A stretch of 46,899 nucleotides of DNA from assembly GCA_043775395.1 (NCBI GenBank), contig JAYVSK010000087.1, forward strand, positions 1 through 46,899, given 5' to 3'. Position 1 is the first letter of the stretch; each line of letters starts with the position of its first letter. Made by a program: the position numbers and the translations under genes. Source of the stretch: Lysobacter sp. Lineage in GTDB: Bacteria; Pseudomonadota; Gammaproteobacteria; Xanthomonadales; Xanthomonadaceae. The notes beneath the pieces are model-generated. The model was not told the DNA's origin, ran no database searches, and was given only the letters and a program-made list of their open reading frames with translations. This document shows positions 20,400 to 31,047 of the stretch, in pieces.

Positions 20400-21269
20400 A
20401 TGAACGCAGCGCGGAGCGCGCCCCTGCCGTTCACCAAGATGCACGGCGCGGGCAATGATTTTGTCGTCATCGATTTGCGTGACGATGGGGCACCACCCGA
20501 TCCCGACCTCTGCCGCGCACTGGCCAATCGCCACACCGGCATCGGCTGCGACCAGATCCTCACCGTCGAAGCGCCTCGAAGCGCGCAGACTGCAGCGTCG
20601 TATCGGATCTGGAATGCGGACGGTTCGGCATCGCAGCAGTGCGGCAACGGCGCCCGCTGCATCGCCGCATGGCTGGTGCGCGACAGCGCCGCCCGCGATC
20701 CGCAGCGCGGTCTTGCCGATCATTTCGCGTTGGACAGCCCTACCGCCACGCACACGGTCGATGTGCTCGGCCAGCATCGCTACCGCATCGCGATGGGGCG
20801 CCCGATATGGGAACCCGCCCGGATTCCACTGCGGGGCTTCGCCGCGGTGCAGCCCGCTTACGAGCTGACGTTCGGCGGTGAGATGTTGTCGATCGGCGCG
20901 GTGTCCATGGGCAATCCGCATGCGGTGCTTGAGGTGGGTGATGTCGATGTCGCGCCGGTCGCGAGCTTGAGTGCGGCAGTGCAACGGCATGCTGCATTTC
21001 CGGAATCCGTGAACGTCGGTTTCGCGCAGGTGGTGTCGCGCGACCGAATCAGGCTTCGCGTGTTCGAACGCGGCGTCGGCGAAACGCTGGCCTGCGGCAG
21101 TGGCGCCTGCGCGGCGGCGGCGGTGTTGATGCGGCGCGGCCGTATTGATCGCGACATCATGGTTGAACTGCCCGGAGGCACGCTCGGCATCGCGTGGCCG
21201 GACGACGACGCGCAGATCGCGATGGCCGGCCCGGCCGCATTCGTATTCGAAGGGGAATGGTGGCAATGA
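20400..21269 (+). CDS. dapF: Diaminopimelate epimerase
   Basis: [21 protein letters not shown] and [14 protein letters not shown]. Confidence 0.97.
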   Translation: MNAARSAPLPFTKMHGAGNDFVVIDLRDDGAPPDPDLCRALANRHTGIGCDQILTVEAPRSAQTAASYRIWNADGSASQQCGNGARCIAAWLVRDSAARDPQRGLADHFALDSPTATHTVDVLGQHRYRIAMGRPIWEPARIPLRGFAAVQPAYELTFGGEMLSIGAVSMGNPHAVLEVGDVDVAPVASLSAAVQRHAAFPESVNVGFAQVVSRDRIRLRVFERGVGETLACGSGACAAAAVLMRRGRIDRDIMVELPGGTLGIAWPDDDAQIAMAGPAAFVFEGEWWQ

Positions 21270-21976
21270 CCGATGCATTCGACAAGTTCGACAAAGCGCA
21301 GGACAAGCTCGGCGCACACGAGATTGCGGCGTGGCTGCGCCGGCACCCGAATTTTCTGCAGCAGTTTCCGGACCTGGCGCTGACCCTGGTGGTGCCGCGC
21401 GAGCAGGGCTCGGCGGCCTCATTGGCCGGCTATCAGCTGGAAATCCTGCGCGACAAGAACCGTGAGCTGTCGCGGCGATTGCAGGAGCTGTTCGCCAACG
21501 CGCAGGACAACGAGCGCCTTGCGGTGCGCACCCATCAGCTCACGCTGGCGCTGATGAAGCAGAACTGCGCCGGCGACACCGTGCGCGCGATGGTCGCGAG
21601 TCTGGAAGAGGACTTCAACGGCGATCTGGTGCGAATGATTTTGTTTGCGCCGGTCGATGGTCTCGGCAGCGCTGTCGATGAGAGCGGCGACTGGCTGCAG
21701 ACCCTCACCGAAGACAACGCACGCCTCACGCCATTCCGCGACTGCCTGAAAGACGGCGAACCGATCTGCGGCCGTCTGCAGCCCGAGAAGAATGCGCTGC
21801 TGTACGGCATGCTCGCCGAAGACGTAGCCAGCAGCGCGCTGCTGCCACTGCCGGGTCGCGGCCTGATCGCGGTCGGCAGCCGCGATGCCAACCGTTTCTT
21901 TCCCGGCATGGGCACGCTTTTTTTACGGATGATGGGCGAAGCTTTCGATACCGCGATGCGGCGGTTTGCGGGCTGA
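21266..21976 (+). CDS. DUF484 (YigA-like) protein
   Basis: ATGA overlap with dapF; WLRRHPNFL and [11 protein letters not shown]; conserved dapF-DUF484-xerC context. Confidence 0.88.
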   Translation: MTDAFDKFDKAQDKLGAHEIAAWLRRHPNFLQQFPDLALTLVVPREQGSAASLAGYQLEILRDKNRELSRRLQELFANAQDNERLAVRTHQLTLALMKQNCAGDTVRAMVASLEEDFNGDLVRMILFAPVDGLGSAVDESGDWLQTLTEDNARLTPFRDCLKDGEPICGRLQPEKNALLYGMLAEDVASSALLPLPGRGLIAVGSRDANRFFPGMGTLFLRMMGEAFDTAMRRFAG

Positions 21977-21992
21977 CGTTGCAGCGCGCCAT

Positions 21993-22424
21993 ATGCCTGC
22001 CGTCTCCAATCCGCTGTTGATCATCGCCGCCGCGCTCAGTGCGATCGCGGCGCTGCTGCACATCGGCTGCATCGTATATGGTGCGTCGTGGTATCGGTTT
22101 TTCGGCGCGGGCGAACGCATGGCGCGGCTCGCCGAGGCCAGCGACTGGCGCGCAACTGCCATCACTTCGGCGATCGTGGCGGTATTGACCGTTTGGTCGC
22201 TGTACGCGCTGTCCGCTGCCGGTGCGGTTCCGCAGTTGCCGCTGTTGCGCATCGGACTATGCGCGATTGCTGCGATATACACACTTAGGGGCGTCTCCGG
22301 TCTGCTATATGCGGCGTTCGCCGCAGGCGAGGGTGCGACGTTCTGGTGGTGGAGTTCGGCGATCTGTCTGGGCTTGGGCATCGTGCATATCGCCGGTCTG
22401 ATCCAGGTATGGCCGCAGCTGTGA
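21993..22424 (+). CDS. Small four-TM membrane protein
   Basis: Four hydrophobic segments and a LHIGC..YG..WYRFFGAGE.MA.LA motif. Its stop overlaps the xerC GTG. Confidence 0.75.
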   Translation: MPAVSNPLLIIAAALSAIAALLHIGCIVYGASWYRFFGAGERMARLAEASDWRATAITSAIVAVLTVWSLYALSAAGAVPQLPLLRIGLCAIAAIYTLRGVSGLLYAAFAAGEGATFWWWSSAICLGLGIVHIAGLIQVWPQL

Positions 22425-23308
22425 ACACCTCGCCGCACGTCGAGGATTTCCTGTCGCATCTGCAGATCGAGCGGCGCATGTCTGCGCATACGCTGGATGC
22501 CTATCGTCGCGACCTGGATGCGCTGGCAACATGGGCAGCAGCGCAGGACATCGACGATCTTGCGATCGTACATACCGAGCAGCTGCGTGCGTTCATCGCT
22601 GCCGAACATCGCCGCGGGCTGTCGCCGAAAAGCCTGCAGCGCCGATTGTCCGCCTGCCGCAGCTGCTATCACTGGTTGTTGAAGCATGGACGCATCGCCG
22701 CCAATCCCGCCGCCGGCATCCGCGCGCCGAAAGCGCCGCGTAAATTACCGCAGGTGCTGGACGTGGACGAAGCGATGCAATTGGTCGAACTGCCCACCGA
22801 CGTACCGCTGGGCGTGCGCGACCGCGCCATCCTCGAACTGTTCTACAGCTCCGGCCTGCGCCTCAGCGAACTGTGCGCGCTGCGCTGGCACGATCTGGAT
22901 CTCGCCGACAGTCTCGTCACTGTGCTCGGTAAAGGCAACAAGCAGCGCATCGTGCCGGTCGGTTCGCATGCTTGCAACGCGTTGGATCACTGGCGGCGGG
23001 AATCGCAGGGCCAGACCGATGCGCCGGTGTTTCCCGGACGCAACGGCGCGACCATCACTCCGCGCGCGGTGCAGATTCGCCTGCAGCGGCTCGCGCAGCG
23101 TCAGGGATTGTTCAAGCGCGTACATCCGCATCTGCTGCGGCATTCGTTCGCGAGCCACGTGCTGGAATCATCGGGCGACCTGCGCGGCGTGCAGGAATTG
23201 CTGGGCCACGCCGATATCGCGACCACGCAGATCTACACGCATCTGGACTACCAGCATCTGGCCAAGGTGTATGACGGCGCGCATCCGCGTGCGAAGCGCA
23301 AAACGTGA
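22421..23308 (+). CDS. xerC: Tyrosine recombinase XerC
   Basis: RDRAILELFYSSGLRLSEL, GKG.KQR, HPHLLRHSFASH and LLGHADIATTQIY; lies in the dapF operon. Confidence 0.95.
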   Translation: MNTSPHVEDFLSHLQIERRMSAHTLDAYRRDLDALATWAAAQDIDDLAIVHTEQLRAFIAAEHRRGLSPKSLQRRLSACRSCYHWLLKHGRIAANPAAGIRAPKAPRKLPQVLDVDEAMQLVELPTDVPLGVRDRAILELFYSSGLRLSELCALRWHDLDLADSLVTVLGKGNKQRIVPVGSHACNALDHWRRESQGQTDAPVFPGRNGATITPRAVQIRLQRLAQRQGLFKRVHPHLLRHSFASHVLESSGDLRGVQELLGHADIATTQIYTHLDYQHLAKVYDGAHPRAKRKT

Positions 23309-23394
23309 GCTGTAAAACAAGTGTCAGTCGGATGAGGGGCGGTCTTGGCATCCATGCGCCGGATAGCCGGAGATCGATGGGTCGTTCGTCACCC

Positions 23395-23421
23395 CTTGCC
23401 CCCTGCCGCGCCAGTCCCCAC
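23395..23421 (+). promoter_or_regulatory. Possible sigma-32 promoter of hslVU
   Basis: CTTGCC-N15-CCCCAC resembles CTTGAA-N13-17-CCCCAT, and hslVU is a known heat-shock operon. Confidence 0.45.
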
Positions 23422-23458
23422 AACGACGTCACGCCCGTTTCAAGCCTCAGGACATTAC

Positions 23459-24010
23459 ATGGACCCCAGCCATCAACCCAACGTCTTCTACGCCACCACC
23501 ATCGTATCGGTGCGCCGCCACGGCCGCGTGGTGGTGGCCGGCGATGGTCAGGTCACGCTGGGCCACACGGTGATGAAGTCGAATGCGCGCAAAGTGCGCC
23601 GCCTCGGCCGCGACGGTCAGGTGTTGGCCGGTTTTGCAGGCGCCGCCGCCGATGCGTTCACACTCTTCGAGCTGTTCGAATCGAAGCTGGAGAAACACGG
23701 CCAGCTTACTCGCGCCGCGGTGGAGCTGGCGAAGGATTGGCGCACCGAGCGTCGCTTCGGCAAGCTCGAGGCATTATTGGCGGTGGCAGATAAAGAAACC
23801 TCGCTGATCATCAGCGGCACCGGCGATGTGATCGAGCCTGAAGACGGTCTTGTCGCGATCGGTTCCGGCGGCATGTATGCGCTGTCCGCTGCGCGCGCGC
23901 TGTTGGCGCATACCGAATTGGACGCGAAACAGATCGCGGTGGAGTCGCTGAATATCGCCGCCGATGTCTGCATCTACACCAACCGCAACATCGTGATCGA
24001 AGAGCTCTGA
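23459..24010 (+). CDS. hslV: ATP-dependent protease subunit HslV
   Basis: TTIVSVR...[23 protein letters not shown] and CIYTN. Confidence 0.97.
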   Translation: MDPSHQPNVFYATTIVSVRRHGRVVVAGDGQVTLGHTVMKSNARKVRRLGRDGQVLAGFAGAAADAFTLFELFESKLEKHGQLTRAAVELAKDWRTERRFGKLEALLAVADKETSLIISGTGDVIEPEDGLVAIGSGGMYALSAARALLAHTELDAKQIAVESLNIAADVCIYTNRNIVIEEL

Positions 24011-24019
24011 GCTTTCACC

Positions 24020-24118
24020 CCCTCTCCCGCGTGCGGGAGAGGGTTGGGGTGAGGGCTGCGCATCGCACGATGCCCTCATCCGCCCTTCGGGCACCTTCTC
24101 CCACAGGCGGGAGAAGGG
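24020..24118. repeat. BoxC-like palindromic repeat pair
   Basis: CCCTCTCCCGCGTGCGGGAGAGGGTTGGGGTGAGGG and an inverted relative CCCTCATCCGCCCTTCGGGCACCTTCTCCCACAGGCGGGAGAAGGG. Confidence 0.75.
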
Positions 24119-24142
24119 AATCTGCGACATCGGACCGAATTC

Positions 24143-25543
<1,401 letters not shown>

Positions 25544-25563
25544 ATCAAGCTGCGATGCGATAC

Positions 25564-25590
25564 AAAAAACGGCCTGTGCCGCATAGGCCG
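25564..25590. terminator. Hairpin downstream of hslU
   Basis: A6 tract followed by the stem cggcctgtg/cataggccg. The U-tract lies on the minus strand. Confidence 0.4.
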
Positions 25591-25828
25591 ATCTTGCTGC
25601 TTATGCTGTGATCATGGGGCGCTGTTTGAAGCGCTTCACTACGTGAGTGACCGAGGCTTGACCCCGTCGTATCCGGGCGTGCGTTCATGGTGGAGCTTGT
25701 GAATGCAGGTACGCAATGTTGCAGACATGATGGGTGTCGTTTTCAAGCCATTGGTTTTTCAGAGGTTGTATTGTCGCGCAAGCACAGGGGAATACCAGCA
25801 ATATGAATGTCAACGTGAGGATATCGAA

Positions 25829-27280
25829 ATGACTGGGTCAGCCATTCCTCTGAGTCCTGAAGCACAGTCGCTTCTGTCGGCCCATCAACAGCTCGGGACG
25901 TTGACGCGTCCGCAGTACGACAATCTTTTAGACACCATTCGCGCATCCCCCACGCTGTCGCAACAACTGAACGAAGCGGCGGGCAGTGGGCATTTGCAGG
26001 GGCTTTATTTCGAGCCGGTGGCTACACTTGGTGCCGGCGGTGGTTACTCTCAGGGGGATCGAGCGATCAGTATTCCCAGTGATCGCCTGGGCGATCCTTC
26101 AGGTGCTGACTTTATGCCGGCGCAGTTGGCCTTCGTTCTTGGCCATGAAGTGCAGCATGCGGTGGATGTGCCGGAGATGGATTCGGCCAAGGCCGCTTTT
26201 TTAAGCGACCTTGAGGGCATCAGCCGAAATGCTGATCTCGCGGGCGCTACCGTGAAAGATTACACCGCACCAACAGCCGAATTGATGACAGCTTATCGCT
26301 GGGACGAGGCCCGCGCACAGATTGCCGGGTGGAATGCCAGCGTCGATGTGGTGCAGTCGCAGCATCCAGATGCGACATTAGCGGATATTGTCCAAGCCAA
26401 CCCGGGCTATGCGCAGCTGTTCGTTGATGATGCATCGGTACATCCCGGATCGTACTCGATGAAGCCCGGCATCAGCTTGGGTCCGGATATGGCTATCCGT
26501 CCGACGCAAGCCAACTTGGAGTCGGTGGCCCAAAGTTATTTTGATTTACCAGCAACAACGGCCCGGATCGGCGATAACGCCGATATGAACTATACGCAGC
26601 TCTATGGAAGAGAAGTGCTGGGCTTCATCGAAACCCACGAGCAGCACTATGGTTCAGCTCTGCCTGGACAAGGGCCCATCCCGATTCAATTGAATATGGC
26701 ACAGCTGGGTTTCGACGAGCGCATCATGGAAGGGAATCAGCTGAATCTTGGAGCTGCCGGAGACTACCTGCCGTATCTGGATACCAGTCGGCTACCGCCA
26801 GCACCACGCATATTGAACGATACGTTTATCGACGCTGCCCCGATCTCACCGTTGATCGAACAACCGGTTTCTTTCGGCGTGAAAGACGGCCATTCCGCAA
26901 TGACGCATCCGGCCATTGGCTTGGCGCAAGGCTTACTCGACCGCTCGCCCAATATCCCTGCCGATGCGTTCGGCGAGGATCGTCCGCGTGTCGCTGCAGG
27001 CGTCGCGGTGCACGCAGCCAATCAGCAGATCGTGCCGGATCACATTGTGCTCAACACGTGTCAGTCCGATCTGATCGCCGTGCAGGGCTGCCTCGGTGAT
27101 CCCGCTGCGCGCCTGTCCACGCCGCTTCGGGTCGCAGATGCGGTGAAGACCGATCCGGCTGCGGCCCAGTGCACACTTCATACTTTGCAGCCCGTGCAGC
27201 CGCAGGTTGAGCCGCTGGCGCGCAGCGTCACGATGACACCGGACAATCCGACCCAAGATGCGGTGCGCCACGTGCGCTGA
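25829..27280 (+). CDS. Candidate X-T4SS effector 1: HExxH domain plus C-terminal XVIPCD-like domain
   Basis: GAGGA RBS and no signal peptide. FVLGHEVQH (26144-26158), DYTAP and DEARA motifs. C-terminus THPA...DHIVLN...DLIAVQG.LGDPA....V.DA with a Q/P-rich tail ending in R. Confidence 0.75.
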   Translation: MTGSAIPLSPEAQSLLSAHQQLGTLTRPQYDNLLDTIRASPTLSQQLNEAAGSGHLQGLYFEPVATLGAGGGYSQGDRAISIPSDRLGDPSGADFMPAQLAFVLGHEVQHAVDVPEMDSAKAAFLSDLEGISRNADLAGATVKDYTAPTAELMTAYRWDEARAQIAGWNASVDVVQSQHPDATLADIVQANPGYAQLFVDDASVHPGSYSMKPGISLGPDMAIRPTQANLESVAQSYFDLPATTARIGDNADMNYTQLYGREVLGFIETHEQHYGSALPGQGPIPIQLNMAQLGFDERIMEGNQLNLGAAGDYLPYLDTSRLPPAPRILNDTFIDAAPISPLIEQPVSFGVKDGHSAMTHPAIGLAQGLLDRSPNIPADAFGEDRPRVAAGVAVHAANQQIVPDHIVLNTCQSDLIAVQGCLGDPAARLSTPLRVADAVKTDPAAAQCTLHTLQPVQPQVEPLARSVTMTPDNPTQDAVRHVR

Positions 27281-27355
27281 TCGCGACGCCGTCATATGCA
27301 GCTGAAAGGATGAAAAACCCAAGTTCGTTCAATAGGTGTCAGGTGTCGGGTCGAG

Positions 27356-27397
27356 GAGTTGTCCGCTGATCCGGACTTGTCGCGTTACATCTTTTGA
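27356..27397 (+). repeat. Diverged duplicate of the hslU 3' end (att-like scar)
   Basis: gagttgtccgctgatccggacttgtcgcgttacatcttttga reads [13 protein letters not shown], against hslU 25502-25543 [13 protein letters not shown]. Confidence 0.85.
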
Positions 27398-27493
27398 AGC
27401 CGCGCTGGCGGCCAGCCTGAACAGGCTTGCATGGATGCATGCGAAACGTTCGGCGTATATTCGTCCCCGACACCCGCAGAAGGACATCCCCCG

Positions 27494-28114
27494 ATGTCGG
27501 CTTACCGACTTTCCGTACTCTTCGTCGCGCTCGGCCTTGCCGCGTGCGCCCATTCTCAATCCGCCGATCGCTCCGCTTCGCCCGGTGCCACCCAGGAGAC
27601 CCCCAACATGACGCCCACCGCCACCGCTTCGCAGGCGTTCTCGCCCCGCGTCGATGCCGAACAGTCGCTGCTGCGCTTGCTCGAATTGATTCGCAGCAGC
27701 AAGACTGTCAAGGACATCACCACCGAACGCCTGCAGAGCACCTTCGGCGTCACATTCACGGTCGACGGCGGCCGTTCCGGTTTCGGTGAGCGTCTGACCC
27801 GCGACTGGTGGTCGTCGATCGAACTCGATCCGAAGCATCCCTACGGGGCACGCGTCGAATTCAGTTTCCGTCCCGATCAGCCTGGATCCTATCCGCCATT
27901 CAGCGACATCTGCAAAATCGATTTCGACCGCTTCGCTGCCGAACTGCAGACGATGGGCTTCACTCGCGAGACTTACCGCGCCGAGCACAACCGCGTCATC
28001 CACGACCTGTTCCAGCGCGAAGGGCTGACCGTCACGGTCTACACCCGTGGCGAAGCCGACAGCCCCCCCGAGAAGATCACGCATGCCTGCGTGCAGATGA
28101 TTCTGATCAACTGA
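27494..28114 (+). CDS. Lipoprotein, candidate immunity protein (X-Tfi-like)
   Basis: AAGGA RBS and lipobox LAAC. Lies directly upstream of and co-oriented with an XVIPCD-like gene. Confidence 0.75.
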   Translation: MSAYRLSVLFVALGLAACAHSQSADRSASPGATQETPNMTPTATASQAFSPRVDAEQSLLRLLELIRSSKTVKDITTERLQSTFGVTFTVDGGRSGFGERLTRDWWSSIELDPKHPYGARVEFSFRPDQPGSYPPFSDICKIDFDRFAAELQTMGFTRETYRAEHNRVIHDLFQREGLTVTVYTRGEADSPPEKITHACVQMILIN

Positions 28115-28185
28115 GTCGCGGTCAAGATCGCGTCGTCGTTCCGCCCGCGCGGCATTCGCCGCCGGGATACTGAAGGAGTTCTCCC

Positions 28186-29667
28186 ATGCCGCTGAGCGCA
28201 GAATCGCAGGCACTGGTCACCACGTTCAACGCTTCGCTCACCGCCGACCAGCGCACCAACTTCGCCAACGCGCTGCAGAATTCGCCGGCGCTGGTCACCC
28301 AGATCAATACCGCCGTCGCCGCGGGCGAGCTGCGCGCGTTCTCGCTGCTCCCGCCAGGCACCAACGCCGGCGGGCAGTTCAGTCCCACCACCGGTACGAT
28401 GGAACTGCCCGCCGCCAGCATGACCACGCCGGCAGGCGGGACTTACAACCCGGCCGAGCTGACCTTCGTGCTGGGCCATGAAACCCAGCATGCGATCAAC
28501 CGCCCGATCAGCGCCGCCGCGTTGACCACATTCGCGGCGGACGTCAACACCATCGGCCGCAGCGCCACGGCCACCCACGACTACACCGCACCGTTGAACA
28601 CGATGCTGGCGGTCAACCGCAACGACGAAGCCACCGCACATATCGGCGGCTTCAATGCCACGGTCGGCATGGTGCGCAGCACCAACGCCACCCCCAGCCT
28701 TGAAGACATCTACCGCGCCAGCCCAGGGCGCATGGGCGATTTCATTACCGTGACCCCGGGAACGCCGGCCACACCCGGCTCGCCCGCAACGGCCACGACG
28801 CCGGCGGTGCCGGCGGCCGCGGCCACGCCCACCAGCTATGCGCTTCGCGCCGGGCTCACGCTCAACGCCGATATGAGCATGACCCCGAATGCGGCGAACA
28901 CCGCGGCGATGGGCCAGCATTATTACGATCAGCCCGCCGCCTCCGCGCGACTGGGTCATAACGGCGATTCCAACTACCAGAACTATTACGCCACCAACCT
29001 GGTTGGCTACGTCGCCCAGGTGGAGCGCGCGAACGCGCCCACCCATGCCGCAGCCGGGCGCACGCCGCAGCTCACGCTCAACATGACCACGCTTGGCATC
29101 AGTGAAGCCCAGATGGAGCGCAACGGCGTGAATCTCGGCGCCGCCGCCGGCCGTCAGCCGTATTTCGACAGCTCCACCACGCCGCCCACCGCAGGCAACC
29201 TGGATCACACCATCGCCACTCATGCGCACGTGCCGATCACAATGCCGAACGCGCTGCCGATTGTGGCCGCCCCTGTCGAACAGCAGACCCATCCCGCGAT
29301 CCGGCAGGCCATGGACGCCATCGACCGTTCGCCGAACATCTCACCCCAGGCATTGGGCGCGGATCGCTGGCCCGCCGCCGCAGGTCTTGCGCTGCATGCG
29401 GCCAATCAAAACATCACGGTCAACCATGCGGTTTTGAACGACCGCGGCACGGACCTGTTCGCCGTGCAGGGCCCTTTGGGGGATCCAAGCGCGAAAATCA
29501 CCACCCCGCTGCCGGTTGTCGATGCGGTGAAGACTGATGTGCCATCGGTCCAACAGAAGCTTGAGATCCTGCAGCCGGGCCAGCCACAGAACGATGTGGT
29601 GTTGGCGCGCAGCCTGTCCGCCCAGCAGGACAATCCAGTCAAGGAAGCGGCCGCGCCCTCACGCTGA
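28186..29667 (+). CDS. Candidate X-T4SS effector 2: HExxH domain plus C-terminal XVIPCD-like domain
   Basis: AAGGAG RBS. FVLGHETQH (28477-28491), DYTAP and DEATA motifs. C-terminus THPA...NHAVLN...DLFAVQG.LGDPSA....V.DA with a Q-rich tail. Colinear paralog of 25829-27280. Confidence 0.8.
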   Translation: MPLSAESQALVTTFNASLTADQRTNFANALQNSPALVTQINTAVAAGELRAFSLLPPGTNAGGQFSPTTGTMELPAASMTTPAGGTYNPAELTFVLGHETQHAINRPISAAALTTFAADVNTIGRSATATHDYTAPLNTMLAVNRNDEATAHIGGFNATVGMVRSTNATPSLEDIYRASPGRMGDFITVTPGTPATPGSPATATTPAVPAAAATPTSYALRAGLTLNADMSMTPNAANTAAMGQHYYDQPAASARLGHNGDSNYQNYYATNLVGYVAQVERANAPTHAAAGRTPQLTLNMTTLGISEAQMERNGVNLGAAAGRQPYFDSSTTPPTAGNLDHTIATHAHVPITMPNALPIVAAPVEQQTHPAIRQAMDAIDRSPNISPQALGADRWPAAAGLALHAANQNITVNHAVLNDRGTDLFAVQGPLGDPSAKITTPLPVVDAVKTDVPSVQQKLEILQPGQPQNDVVLARSLSAQQDNPVKEAAAPSR

Positions 29668-29760
29668 GCGATGACTTTGCGAACATCGCCCACGGCACAC
29701 GCGACGTGGGCGGCTTTGAACCGAACGGCCGGGGCAGAGCGGTCGCGCTAAACTAACAGC

Positions 29761-30540
29761 ATGAAAACGCCCAAGCCTTCCAAGCCTGTTGCGCTTGCCG
29801 ACAGCGGTCCAGCCGACACCACCCACTTCGGTTTCCGCGATGTGCCCGTTGCCGAGAAACAGAAGCTGGTCGGCGAAGTATTTTCCTCGGTCGCCGGCAG
29901 CTACGACCTGATGAGCCTCGGCATCCATCGGGTCTGGAAACGCTACTTCGCCGCTACCGCGCAGGTCCGCCCAGGCGACCGCGTGCTGGATCTCGCCGGC
30001 GGCACCGGCGACATCGCTGCGCTGCTGAAGGACCGTGTCGGCGATGATGGTGAGCTGGTGCTCGGCGACATCAACGGCGCGATGCTGCGCGTGGGCCGCG
30101 ACCGCATGACCGATCGCGGCAACGTCCGCGGCTTTGAATACGTGCAGTGCAACGCCGAAAAGCTGCCGTTTCCCGACGCCAGCTTCGACCTGGTCACCAT
30201 CGCATTCGGCCTGCGCAACGTCACCAACAAAGACGCCGCCCTGCGCGAGATGTACCGCGTGCTGCGCGTTGGCGGCCAGGCCCGCGTGCTGGAATTTTCC
30301 GAAGTCACCGCCGCATGGTTTAAACCGATCTACGACTTCCACTCGTTCAAGATCCTGCCGCAGCTAGGCAAGCTGTTCGCCAAAGACAGCGACAGCTATC
30401 AGTACCTCGCCGAATCGATCCGCAAGCATCCGCCGCAGGACCAGCTGAAGGGCATGATGGACGCAGCGGGGTTTTCGCGGTGTTCGTACAAGAATCTGTC
30501 AGCGGGGATTGTGGCGATTCATACGGGTTATCGGGTGTAG
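29761..30540 (+). CDS. ubiE: Ubiquinone/menaquinone biosynthesis C-methyltransferase (4-aa deletion in the signature motif)
   Basis: THFGF, VLDLAGGTGD, AFGLRNVT and YQYLAESIR. Confidence 0.95.
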   Translation: MKTPKPSKPVALADSGPADTTHFGFRDVPVAEKQKLVGEVFSSVAGSYDLMSLGIHRVWKRYFAATAQVRPGDRVLDLAGGTGDIAALLKDRVGDDGELVLGDINGAMLRVGRDRMTDRGNVRGFEYVQCNAEKLPFPDASFDLVTIAFGLRNVTNKDAALREMYRVLRVGGQARVLEFSEVTAAWFKPIYDFHSFKILPQLGKLFAKDSDSYQYLAESIRKHPPQDQLKGMMDAAGFSRCSYKNLSAGIVAIHTGYRV

Positions 30541-30618
30541 TTGAACAGCATCAAAAATCGGCTCTTCGTGAAAGGCAGTGTGCGGGGTTCTTGCTCAACA
30601 ACGAAGCTGGCTTGACAG

Positions 30619-31047
30619 TTACTTATATGCTTTGCAGTAGGCGAACGCTCTCGGCTGTGACTCCCAAGTCACACCGTAAGAAAGACTTTTCTCTCCGGCC
30701 ACCTCAAGGATAAAAGCCAATCTTCCACGACAATACTTGTATTGCGTGGTTACGCCGCGCTTTTCAGTAACGGCATAGCGCCAGTTTTTTGACTCAATGA
30801 TTTTTTTCGCTTCAGCGAAAGTCGTTTCATTAAACTGAATTTCTGCGCTCATATTGCGTCGGATCTGACGATCAACATATTCTGGCTCACCTCCAAGGAC
30901 AGCGACGACTGGAGCTATTGCTTCGACCAACCTTGCTCGCGACGGTATCCCGGAATGATCCTGTTCACGAAAATTTCTGAACATAAAGATAAACAGAGAG
31001 CCTAAAAAGCACACGACGAATATCGGAAGCCATACCGTTTTATTCAC
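30619..31047 (-). CDS. Membrane-anchored hypothetical protein, candidate polymorphic-toxin immunity protein
   Basis: AT-rich codon usage and an N-terminal TM segment. The GTG start overlaps the TGA of the toxin-like fragment. Confidence 0.6.
   Translation of the reverse strand: MNKTVWLPIFVVCFLGSLFIFMFRNFREQDHSGIPSRARLVEAIAPVVAVLGGEPEYVDRQIRRNMSAEIQFNETTFAEAKKIIESKNWRYAVTEKRGVTTQYKYCRGRLAFILEVAGEKSLSYGVTWESQPRAFAYCKAYK

Noticed and set aside
22421-23308. Tyrosine recombinase as the integrase of the hslU islet
   Set aside because: Sequence and dapF-operon context identify it as housekeeping XerC, and I saw no dif-like site at the islet ends.
25744-25759. CAAGCCATTGGTTTTT as an island-end or integrase arm-type motif
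   Set aside because: Resembles motifs I recall near island ends, but there is only one copy and no integrase to relate it to.
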